A DNA stretch of 64,000 nucleotides, taken from contig JACJWR010000002.1 in NCBI GenBank assembly GCA_020637055.1, forward strand, positions 143,802 through 207,801. Direction: 5' to 3'. The notes beneath the pieces are model-generated. The model searched no databases. It was given only the letters and a program-made list of their open reading frames with translations, and was not told the origin of the DNA. The position numbers and the translations under genes were made by a program. Numbering within the stretch: the first letter of the stretch is position 1; each line of letters starts with the position of its first letter. Origin of the DNA: Actinomycetota bacterium. Lineage in GTDB: Bacteria > Actinomycetota > Actinomycetes > S36-B12 > UBA10799. Of this stretch, positions 51,306-59,338 are shown one piece after another.

Positions 51306-52321
51306 TGAGGAAAGTCGCCGTGATGGGAAGCGGATCGTGGGGCACCGGCATGGGGATGGTGCTGGCCGACGGCGGCTCAGACGTCGCCATGTGGGCCAGG
51401 GAGCCGGACGTGGTGAATTCGATCAACCACAGCCATGTCAACGAGAGGTACCACCCGGGAATCGAGTTGCCGCTGGCGATGTGGGCGAGTTCGGATCCGG
51501 CCGAGGTGCTCAAGGACCGCAGCATCGTGATCCTCGCCATCCCGTCGCAGACGCTCCGGGAGAATCTCGCGGCCTGGCGCGAGTACCTGGCGCCCGGCGC
51601 AATCCTGGTGAGTCTGATGAAAGGCATCGAGCTCGGCACGGTGATGCGCATGTCGCAGGTGATCCTCGACGTCGCCGGTGTGCCGGAGTCGCAAGTCGCC
51701 GTGATCTCCGGGCCCAACCTGGCCAGGGAGATCGTCAACCGCCAGCCGGCCGCCACCACCGTCGCCTGCAGCAGCGAGGAATCGGCACGTGAGGTGGCCG
51801 ATGCGATCTTCACCGCCTACTTCCGGCCGTACTACACCACCGACATGATCGGCGCCGAGATCGGTGGTTCGGTCAAGAACGTCATCGCGCTGGCCAACGG
51901 CATGGCTGTGGGCATGGGCTTCGGCGAGAACGCCCAGGCCAGTCTGATCACTCGGGGTTTGGCCGAGATGACCAGGTTGGGAGTGGCTCTGGGGGCCAAC
52001 CCGATGACCTTCCAGGGATTGGCCGGAATCGGCGACCTCATCGCGACCTGCACCTCGCCGTTGTCCCGGAACCGTACATTCGGTGAGAACCTCGGCGACG
52101 GACTGACCGTCGAGGAGACCATCGAGGTCACGAAGCAGACCTGCGAAGGGGTCAAGAGCTGTCAAAGCATCCTCGACCTCGCCACTCGAAACGGGGTGGA
52201 GATGCCGATCACGGCTGAAGTCGTGAAGGTGGTGCACGAAGGCATGTCGCCGAGGGAGATGCTGGGCAACTTGATGAATCGCGACCCCAAGGCCGAACAG
52301 GGCCACGACGACACCGTGTGA
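51302..52321 (+). CDS. gpsA: NAD(P)H-dependent glycerol-3-phosphate dehydrogenase
   Basis: VAVMGSGSWGTGM (GxGxxG) and the conserved GpsA core (…GPNLAREI…, …KNVIALANGM…, …LSRNRTFG…). The start overlaps the plsC stop. Confidence 0.95.
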   Translation: MMRKVAVMGSGSWGTGMGMVLADGGSDVAMWAREPDVVNSINHSHVNERYHPGIELPLAMWASSDPAEVLKDRSIVILAIPSQTLRENLAAWREYLAPGAILVSLMKGIELGTVMRMSQVILDVAGVPESQVAVISGPNLAREIVNRQPAATTVACSSEESAREVADAIFTAYFRPYYTTDMIGAEIGGSVKNVIALANGMAVGMGFGENAQASLITRGLAEMTRLGVALGANPMTFQGLAGIGDLIATCTSPLSRNRTFGENLGDGLTVEETIEVTKQTCEGVKSCQSILDLATRNGVEMPITAEVVKVVHEGMSPREMLGNLMNRDPKAEQGHDDTV

Positions 52322-52415
52322 CCGATCGTCGGAGCCCTTCTGTGCCATCGGACCATGAGGGCTCGGGACGATAGACCCTAGCCACCGCCGTGCGTCTGGG
52401 CCGACTATCGAGCCT

Positions 52416-53072
52416 ATGGAGGCGGTACGGGTGCGCGACGTGTGGTGGACACCTTCCCACACGACAGTCCTCGCGGGCGCCAACCTGCGCATACCCGCCG
52501 GTGAGATCAGGGGGCTGCTGGGAGTCGCGGGCAGCGGTCGCACGGCGATTCTTCGGGTGCTGCTCGGACTTGTGAAGCCGGACCGCGGCAGCGCCGACAT
52601 CTTGGGCCAGGACTGTTGGGCTGACGCGGTGGCACTACACCGGTCGGTCTCCTCCCGTCCCAATCTGGCGATGTGGCCGGGGCTGACCGGCAGTGAGACG
52701 TTGGCCTTCCTGCACCGGCTCGCGGGTGATTCGAATCCGCAGCGGTGTCGGGTGCTGCTGGAACGATTCGGCGTCGACTCGGATACCCCGATCGGCTCCT
52801 TGGATGCCAGGGGGCGGAAGTTGCTGTCGTTGGCCGCCACCTTCTGCCGTCCGGCCCGAGTCTTCCTGGTCGACGATGCGGTGGCAGATCTGGCGGCGCC
52901 CGACCGTCGTGTCCTCGCCGACGTGCTCAGCCACACGCCCGCGACCGTCCTGCTCACGGGGGCCGAAGGGGATGGCACGGCCGAATTGTGCGACGACGTG
53001 AGCATCATCGAAGCCGGACATTGCGGCAGTCCACCGGCCGAGACCCGCAGACAGCTGAACACCTCCGCGTAG
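52416..53072 (+). CDS. ABC-transporter ATPase-like protein with degenerate catalytic motifs (orphan)
   Basis: The ABC fold is recognisable, but Walker A is GVAGSGRT (Arg in place of Lys), the signature region reads LDARGRK instead of LSGGQ, Walker B is VFLVDDA (no catalytic Glu), and no H-loop His is evident. No permease gene is adjacent. Confidence 0.6.
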   Translation: MEAVRVRDVWWTPSHTTVLAGANLRIPAGEIRGLLGVAGSGRTAILRVLLGLVKPDRGSADILGQDCWADAVALHRSVSSRPNLAMWPGLTGSETLAFLHRLAGDSNPQRCRVLLERFGVDSDTPIGSLDARGRKLLSLAATFCRPARVFLVDDAVADLAAPDRRVLADVLSHTPATVLLTGAEGDGTAELCDDVSIIEAGHCGSPPAETRRQLNTSA

Positions 53073-53171
53073 CAGAGAGTCCGCGACCCGCCGTTGAGCG
53101 TGACCCGTCCGGGATGGGGCAGAATCGGGGATGCCTGCGACCGGCGCCGGTGCGGAGTTGAGGAGTCCCAC

Positions 53172-54770
53172 GTGACCGACGAACCACTTGCCCCCGTGCG
53201 ACTGTCCGGATGGGATTTCGCCACCTGGCGCGCCGCCAGTGAGGACCCGATCATGCGGTCCACGATGCTCGGGTTGCTCATCCTCGACTCGGAACCCGAT
53301 TGGGAGCGATTGGTCGACCGCTACGAACGAGCCAGCCGACAGGTCCCGATCCTGCGCCAGAAGATCGTGGAAGGCCCGGTGCCGTGGGCCAACCCCAGAC
53401 TGGTCGTCGATCCGGACTTCGACCTCTCCTTCCACCTGCGTCGCTTCCGGGTTGCCTCCAAAGCGGGCTGGGATGAGGTGCTGCAGGAGTGCCGCCGGCA
53501 GAGCATGACCGACTTCGATCGGAATCGGCCGCTGTGGAAGGTGACGGTGCTGGAAGGTCTGCCGGGAGGCAAGGCAGCCGTCATCACGAAACTCCACCAC
53601 GCCGTCGCCGACGGCCAAGGCGCCATCCAACTCGGCGCCGCCTTGGTGGATCTGAGTCCGGAGGGATTCGACCTCGGTCCGATGCCGCGCGCGCCACGCG
53701 GCGAACACATCTCGTCGCTGTCCTTCGCCGAGTTGATGGTCCGAGACAACATCGAGTGGATGGTCGGCACCACCAAGAAGTTGGCTGAAGGGGCTGTGCC
53801 AGTCGCCACCCGTTTCCTGCAGGATCCAGGCGACGCGGTGCGGCAACTGATGGATTTCGGCGATTCGGTGCTGCGGTTCGTCAGACCGCCGAACACTCAA
53901 CTGTCGCCGATCATGACCGGACGCAGCATCAACTACCACTACGGCGCGTTCCAGTTGCCGTTCCAGGATCTTCGAGGCGCCGCGAAAGCCGTGGGCCACT
54001 CGGTGAACGACGCCTACCTGGCTTCAGTCGCCGAGGCGATGGGGGAGTACCACCGTCGGCACGGCGCACCGGTCGACCAACTCAACCTCAACATGCCGAT
54101 CAGCCTGCGCAAGTCCGATGACTTCGGCCAGAACGCGGTGACGATCGCACATTTCACCATCAACACCTCCGAGCACGACCCGGTCAAGTTGATGGACGAG
54201 ATCAGCCGGGCAGTCGCGCAGTGGCGTGCTGAGCCGGCGTTGGGCTTCGCCGACCAGCTGGCCGAGATCAGCAGGTTCATCCCGTTCGAGGTGATCTCGG
54301 CCGCGGCCACCGCGAGCGATGTCACCGCCTCCAATGTGCCGGGACCGCCGGTGAAGGTGTACCTCGCAGGGGCGGGGGTGGAACAACTTGTTCCGCTGCC
54401 GCCGCCGATCGGCGCCGCAGTCTTCGTCGCGATGCTCACCTATGACGGCAACGCGACCATCGGCGTCGCGATGGATGATCGGGCGGTCGCCGACCACGAC
54501 CTGCTGATGGAGTGCATGCGACACGGGTTCGAGAAGATCACCGGGTCGAAGATCGGCGTCTGGAACCCGCTGGCCGTGACACCGGCGAAGAAGGCGACCG
54601 CCAAGAAGGCGACCGCGAGGAAGGCGACCGCCAAAAAGGCGACCACAAAGAAGGCGACCGCCAGGAAGTCGGCTACCAAGAAGGCCCCGGCGAAGAAGGC
54701 GACCACAAAGAAAGCGCCCACCAAGAAGGCGCCGGCCGCGACTAGTGCACCGGATCCATCGAACGATTGA
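53172..54770 (+). CDS. Wax ester synthase/diacylglycerol acyltransferase (WS/DGAT) with C-terminal Lys-rich KKAT repeat tail
   Basis: Catalytic HHxxxDG motif (HHAVADGQG), a WS/DGAT C-terminal region (…SNVPGPP…) and a tail PAKKATAKKATARKATAKKATTKKATARKSATKKAPAKKATTKKAPTKKAP. GTG 53172 follows AGGAG. Confidence 0.85.
   Translation: MTDEPLAPVRLSGWDFATWRAASEDPIMRSTMLGLLILDSEPDWERLVDRYERASRQVPILRQKIVEGPVPWANPRLVVDPDFDLSFHLRRFRVASKAGWDEVLQECRRQSMTDFDRNRPLWKVTVLEGLPGGKAAVITKLHHAVADGQGAIQLGAALVDLSPEGFDLGPMPRAPRGEHISSLSFAELMVRDNIEWMVGTTKKLAEGAVPVATRFLQDPGDAVRQLMDFGDSVLRFVRPPNTQLSPIMTGRSINYHYGAFQLPFQDLRGAAKAVGHSVNDAYLASVAEAMGEYHRRHGAPVDQLNLNMPISLRKSDDFGQNAVTIAHFTINTSEHDPVKLMDEISRAVAQWRAEPALGFADQLAEISRFIPFEVISAAATASDVTASNVPGPPVKVYLAGAGVEQLVPLPPPIGAAVFVAMLTYDGNATIGVAMDDRAVADHDLLMECMRHGFEKITGSKIGVWNPLAVTPAKKATAKKATARKATAKKATTKKATARKSATKKAPAKKATTKKAPTKKAPAATSAPDPSND
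54582..54740 (+). repeat. About ten tandem 15-bp coding repeats (K-K-A-T/P-A) forming the WS/DGAT tail
   Basis: Read directly from the sequence. The unit aagaaggcgaccgcc and its variants are degenerate at the DNA level, and the repeat is in-frame throughout. Confidence 0.8.
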
Positions 54771-56262
54771 TCCACTTCCGCAAGAACAGGGTGATCACTG
54801 CGATCACGATCGGAATGGTGCCGCTGACGACGAAAGTCATCACCGGATTGTCCGCGGTGAACTTGCCGATCTGGCCGCCGACGCTGGTGCCCACGGACGT
54901 CGCAAGGAACCACAGGGCCAGCATCTGCCCGCTGGCGCCTGCTGGGGCCAGTTTGGTGGTAGCCGAGAGGCCGTTGGGGGAGAGGAACAGTTCCGCCCAA
55001 GTCTGCAGCAGGTAGGTGGTGAGCAGCCAATAGAGCGCTGCCTTGCTCCCGTTGTCCTGGAAAGCCGACATGGGGATCACGAGGATCAACACCGAGATAC
55101 CCACCCCGATGAGTCCGATCGCGAACTTCACCGAGGTACGTGGGGCCCGGTCGGCCAACTTGGTCCAGGCCGCCGCGAATATCGGCGCGAAGATGATGAT
55201 GAACAACGGGTTGGCCGATTGCAGCCAGGAGGCCGGCATCGCCCAAGATCCGACGGTCAGATCCGTCACGTTCTGGGCGAAGATGTTCAAGGTCGAGCCG
55301 GACTGCTCGAAAACCATCCAGAAGGCCGCCGCGGCGAGGAACACCCAGACGAAGGCCCGGACATGCCGACGCTCCTGCGCGCTGTAGTCCTTCCGGCGGA
55401 ACAACTGGGCGAAGTAGAAGAACGGCACGATCAGGATGAACAGGGTGATCGCGGTGGCCATGTTGTCGATGAAGCTGCCCGAGGCGATCAACCCGACCAG
55501 GAGGGCGAGTACCGCCACGAAAGCCACCGAGCCCACCAGGACCAGCAAGAAGTTGTTGCGCTGCCGTTTGGTGGCTGGATCGGGTGCGGTCGCACCGATG
55601 CCGTGGAAATGCTTCCAGCCGACCACGTACTGGATGACGGCGAAGGTCATGCCGAGGCCGGCGATGGCGAAGCCCCAGTGGAATCCGTGCCGATCAGCGG
55701 CCCAACCTGTGATGAGCGGGGCGAGCAGGGAACCGATGTTGATCCCCATGTAGAACAGCGAGAATCCCGCGTCGCGACGGGTGTCGCGCTCGTCGTACAG
55801 ATCGCCCACCATGCCCGAGATGTTGGGCTTGAGCGCTCCGGTGCCCAGCGCGATCAGCATCAAACCGATCCAGAAACTGGTCTCGAACGGCACGGCCATG
55901 AGGTAGTGGCCCAACGCGATCGTGATCCCGCCGTAGAGCACGGTGTTGCGTGCCCCGAGCAAGCGGTCGGCGATCCACCCACCGGCGATCGGAGTCAAAT
56001 AGACCAGGCCGGTGTAGGCGCCGTAGATGGCGATCGCAGTGCCGTCGTCGAAGCCGAGGCCCTCGCTGCCACCGTCCTCGCTGACCAACGGTGCGGTCAG
56101 ATAGAGCACCAGCAGCGCCCGCATGCCGTAGTAGGAGAAGCGCTCCCACATCTCGGTGAAGAAGAGGGTGCTCAGGGCGCGAGGCTGCCCGAAGAAGGCA
56201 CGGTCCTCGCTGCTTGGCGTCGGCGGCGCAGTGGTTGCCATGGGGGCACGATAGACGCTCAC
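54742..56262 (-). CDS. Proton-dependent oligopeptide transporter (POT/PTR2, DtpT-like)
   Basis: Signature TEMWERFSYYGMRALLVLYL (ExxERFxYY) in a 12-14 TM MFS topology. The 3' end overlaps the convergent WS/DGAT gene by 29 nt. Confidence 0.9.
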   Translation of the reverse strand: MSVYRAPMATTAPPTPSSEDRAFFGQPRALSTLFFTEMWERFSYYGMRALLVLYLTAPLVSEDGGSEGLGFDDGTAIAIYGAYTGLVYLTPIAGGWIADRLLGARNTVLYGGITIALGHYLMAVPFETSFWIGLMLIALGTGALKPNISGMVGDLYDERDTRRDAGFSLFYMGINIGSLLAPLITGWAADRHGFHWGFAIAGLGMTFAVIQYVVGWKHFHGIGATAPDPATKRQRNNFLLVLVGSVAFVAVLALLVGLIASGSFIDNMATAITLFILIVPFFYFAQLFRRKDYSAQERRHVRAFVWVFLAAAAFWMVFEQSGSTLNIFAQNVTDLTVGSWAMPASWLQSANPLFIIIFAPIFAAAWTKLADRAPRTSVKFAIGLIGVGISVLILVIPMSAFQDNGSKAALYWLLTTYLLQTWAELFLSPNGLSATTKLAPAGASGQMLALWFLATSVGTSVGGQIGKFTADNPVMTFVVSGTIPIVIAVITLFLRKWINRSMDPVH

Positions 56263-56334
56263 CGCGCCGCTAGGTGGGCTCTACCGCCGATAGCCCGCCG
56301 CTGCCCGGAGTGGATAGCGCGGTCGGCAGCGATG

Positions 56335-57906
56335 TCAACTGCTGGATCGCAGGGTGGAAATCCTTCGATCCAGTTCCACCATCTTGGCCCGCACGGCCGT
56401 GTCCGGCAGGCCCTCCTCGGTGCGCAGGCGCAACAACTCCTGCTGTTCGGCCTGCGCCATGGCCACCGCCAGACCTCGCACCTTCGCCCGAAGGCCATCC
56501 TCCGGTGCCTGACCCTCCCGGATCGAGTCGAGCCGGTGTTCGGCGGATCGGCGCAGGCTTCGCACCACCTCAGGGGCAAGCGGATGACCCGCCCGATCGG
56601 CATCGTCCTGAGCATCCTCGAGGGCGCCGAGGGCCGCACGGGCCAACGCGGCATCGATTCTGGCGGACAACTCCGCCGACGGCGGCTGCTCGACTTTGAG
56701 TCGGGTGGCCAGTGGGGCGAGGGTGAGCGACAAGGCCAGCATCACCGCGATCGACGTGAGCGAAACGGCGATCACGAGGTCGCGGTACGGCAAGGCCTCG
56801 CCCGTCGCGGTCAGCAAAGGTATGGAGAACGCAGCCAGGGCCGATACCGGTCCGCGGGCACCCGCCCACCCCACGACCAGGGCACTGCGCAGGCTGTGTG
56901 TGGCCGGTGTTCGCCGAAGCCGATCGAGGCCGAAGGCACCCACGACAAAAGTCAGCCGGGTGACGATGAGCGTGATCACCACTGTGGGAACCAGGACCAG
57001 GAGCAGCGCCCGGTCGGATTCCGAGAGTTTCACGATCGCGTCGGGGAGCTCCAACCCCAACAGCAGGAATGCGATCGACTGCAGGATGAAGGTGATCTGT
57101 CGCCATACCGCCGCAGTGTGTAGCCGGCCGCGATAGCTGGGATCCGACGCCGACGCGTGGGAGGCCATCAACGCCGCGATCACGATCGCGAGGATCGATG
57201 ATCCCCCCAACCGTTCGGTGACGATGTACAGGCCGAAGGGTGCGATCAATAGCAGGCCGCCGATACCTACTACGTCTGTGCTCCTTCGGATCACGGTGAC
57301 GAGGATCAACCCGGCGAGACCGCCGACGATGATTGCCACCACCACCGACTGGAGCAGGATCAACCCGGCTTGGCCCACCGTGACCGAACCCGCCACTGCG
57401 GCCACGGTGGCGACTCGCAGCGCGGTCAGACCGGTGCCGTCGTTGACGAGGCTTTCGCCTTCCAAAATCGACACCAGGCGCTGGGGGAGGTTCGCCCGCC
57501 TCGCCGCAGCCGCGACCGCCACCGCATCGGTCGGGGCCAACACGGCTCCCAGCGCGAAGGCCATGGCGAGCGGCATGGCGCCGGCCACCGAGGCCACAAC
57601 GCCCCCGACGACAAGCGTCGTCACCGCAACCAGGCCGATCGCGAGTCCCAGTACCGGCCGCCGCACCCGCTTGAGGTCGATGTAGGAGGACGACAGTGCC
57701 TCGCCGAAAACGAGCGGCGCCAGGATCAGCGCTTGGATCGCCTCCGGTTCGGCCGGGGCGTTCGGGCCCACGGGCAGCAGCCCCAGACCCGCTCCCGCGA
57801 TGAGTAGGGGTATCGCGGTGCTGATACCGCGACTGCGCAACAGCAGACTGAGCAGGACCGCCACGACGGCCACCCACACCAGATTCGCTGCGAACTCGAG
57901 TTCCAC
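56335..57906 (-). CDS. Na+/H+ antiporter (CPA1/NhaP-type) with cytoplasmic C-terminal domain
   Basis: About 11 TM segments with CPA1-like motifs (…APTDAVAV…, …EGESLVNDGTGL…), followed by a ~140-aa helical soluble tail. Confidence 0.88.
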   Translation of the reverse strand: MELEFAANLVWVAVVAVLLSLLLRSRGISTAIPLLIAGAGLGLLPVGPNAPAEPEAIQALILAPLVFGEALSSSYIDLKRVRRPVLGLAIGLVAVTTLVVGGVVASVAGAMPLAMAFALGAVLAPTDAVAVAAAARRANLPQRLVSILEGESLVNDGTGLTALRVATVAAVAGSVTVGQAGLILLQSVVVAIIVGGLAGLILVTVIRRSTDVVGIGGLLLIAPFGLYIVTERLGGSSILAIVIAALMASHASASDPSYRGRLHTAAVWRQITFILQSIAFLLLGLELPDAIVKLSESDRALLLVLVPTVVITLIVTRLTFVVGAFGLDRLRRTPATHSLRSALVVGWAGARGPVSALAAFSIPLLTATGEALPYRDLVIAVSLTSIAVMLALSLTLAPLATRLKVEQPPSAELSARIDAALARAALGALEDAQDDADRAGHPLAPEVVRSLRRSAEHRLDSIREGQAPEDGLRAKVRGLAVAMAQAEQQELLRLRTEEGLPDTAVRAKMVELDRRISTLRSSS

Positions 57907-58083
57907 TACTGGGCCCCATCCGGTGCGTCCACGACGCGTCGATGGCGAACCATGGAGTTACTCTGCCATGAATCAGACGCCCTGCGGCCCACGCCTGCAG
58001 GCGGGAACGAGAAGCCTGGGTCCAGATGTGTAGCCTGGAGTCGATTGCTGCGGGATGCGCTGCGGCGCAGAGGAGTGAATGCC

Positions 58084-58716
58084 GTGACGCGAGTGTTTGC
58101 AGGCCTGGCGGGTGCCATTTTGGTGGTGCTTGCCCTCGCCGGCTTCTTGTTCGGCGGTTGGGCCGTCTCGGTCTTCGGCACCAACGGCACCTATGAAGTC
58201 CCGGTGGCCGAGGTCTCCACCTCAGGTGCGGCCCTCTACGTCAATCGGTTCAACGTCGATCCGGCGTCCTACCTCCCCGATGGCCTGCTGGAGACCTCGG
58301 TGGTGGCCAATGCCACAGATGGCAAGGAGGTCTTCCTCGGCGTCGGGGATGCCGATGATGTGCAGGACCTGCTGCTCGGTGTTCCCTACGACGCCGCCTA
58401 CGAATTGACCGACGGCCGATTCACGGTTCGACCCGTTCCAGGAACGGTTGTGCCCGCGCCTGTGCCGGGCGACGCCGACATCTGGACGGTCTCCGCCCAG
58501 GGTTCGACCGCCGTTCTCCCCTGGGACGGGCAAGACGGTTCGGGTGTCTTCGTGGTGATGAACTCCGACGGTTCGGCGCCGGTAGCAGCAGATATCAGCG
58601 CCACCTTGCAGCCGCCCGGATACCTGCTCACGCTCGCCTTGATCGGCATCGTGTCGCTCGGACTCGGACTACTCGGCGCCTTCCTCATCGCGCGTGCGGT
58701 GCGATCCCCTCGCTAG
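58084..58716 (+). CDS. Hypothetical membrane protein (N- and C-terminal TM anchors, extracytoplasmic middle domain)
   Basis: GTG 58084 lies 8 nt after AGGAG. TM segments are FAGLAGAILVVLALAGFLFGGWAV and LLTLALIGIVSLGLGLLGAFLIA. I recognise no family. Confidence 0.45.
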   Translation: MTRVFAGLAGAILVVLALAGFLFGGWAVSVFGTNGTYEVPVAEVSTSGAALYVNRFNVDPASYLPDGLLETSVVANATDGKEVFLGVGDADDVQDLLLGVPYDAAYELTDGRFTVRPVPGTVVPAPVPGDADIWTVSAQGSTAVLPWDGQDGSGVFVVMNSDGSAPVAADISATLQPPGYLLTLALIGIVSLGLGLLGAFLIARAVRSPR

Positions 58717-58741
58717 CGGTCGCCCCCGCTACCGTTGACCC

Positions 58742-59338
58742 ATGGAGGTTCAGCAGACCGAGGTCACCAGTTCGCGGGTGGTGACGCTGCCGAACGTCCT
58801 GAGCCTCGCCCGACTGCTGGGGGTGCCGGTCTTCCTCTGGTTGATCCTGGTGCCCAAGGCCGACGGCTGGGCCGTTTTGCTGTTGGTGGTCGCCGGGTTC
58901 ACCGACTACCTCGACGGCTACCTCGCCCGCAAGTGGAATCAGATCACCCGCCTCGGGCAGTTGTTGGATCCGATCGCGGATCGCCTCTACATCCTTGCGA
59001 CTTTGATCGGTCTGCTGGTGCGCGGGATCATCCCGTGGTGGTTGGTGGTGCTGCTCCTTGCCCGCGACCTCGTCATGGCAGTCGTGCTGGCGCTGCTCAA
59101 GCGGGTGGGGGTCACGGGTCTGCCGGTCCACTTCATCGGCAAGGCGGCAACATTCAACCTGCTGTACGCGTTCCCCCTGCTACTCCTAGGTGACGGCACC
59201 TCGACCGCCGCCCTGGTCGCCAGGGTGTTCGGCTGGGCCTTCGTCATCTGGGGTACGGCGCTCTATTGGTGGGCGGCCGTGCTGTACTTCGAACAGGCCC
59301 GGCGCATCCTGCGCTCGCGAAAGGCGGTCGGACGATGA
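58742..59338 (+). CDS. CDP-alcohol phosphatidyltransferase (PgsA / actinobacterial CDP-DAG-dependent cardiolipin-synthase type)
   Basis: The full D-x2-D-G-x2-A-R-x8-G-x3-D-x3-D motif is present: DYLDGYLARKWNQITRLGQLLDPIADRL. Five to six TM segments. Confidence 0.88.
   Translation: MEVQQTEVTSSRVVTLPNVLSLARLLGVPVFLWLILVPKADGWAVLLLVVAGFTDYLDGYLARKWNQITRLGQLLDPIADRLYILATLIGLLVRGIIPWWLVVLLLARDLVMAVVLALLKRVGVTGLPVHFIGKAATFNLLYAFPLLLLGDGTSTAALVARVFGWAFVIWGTALYWWAAVLYFEQARRILRSRKAVGR

Noticed and set aside
51377-57123. Very long alternative ORFs (51377..53281 minus, 634 aa; 54745..57123 plus, 792 aa)
   Set aside because: They are antisense or out of frame relative to gpsA, the ABC-like gene, WS/DGAT, the POT transporter and the Na+/H+ antiporter. 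They lack motifs and have implausible composition.
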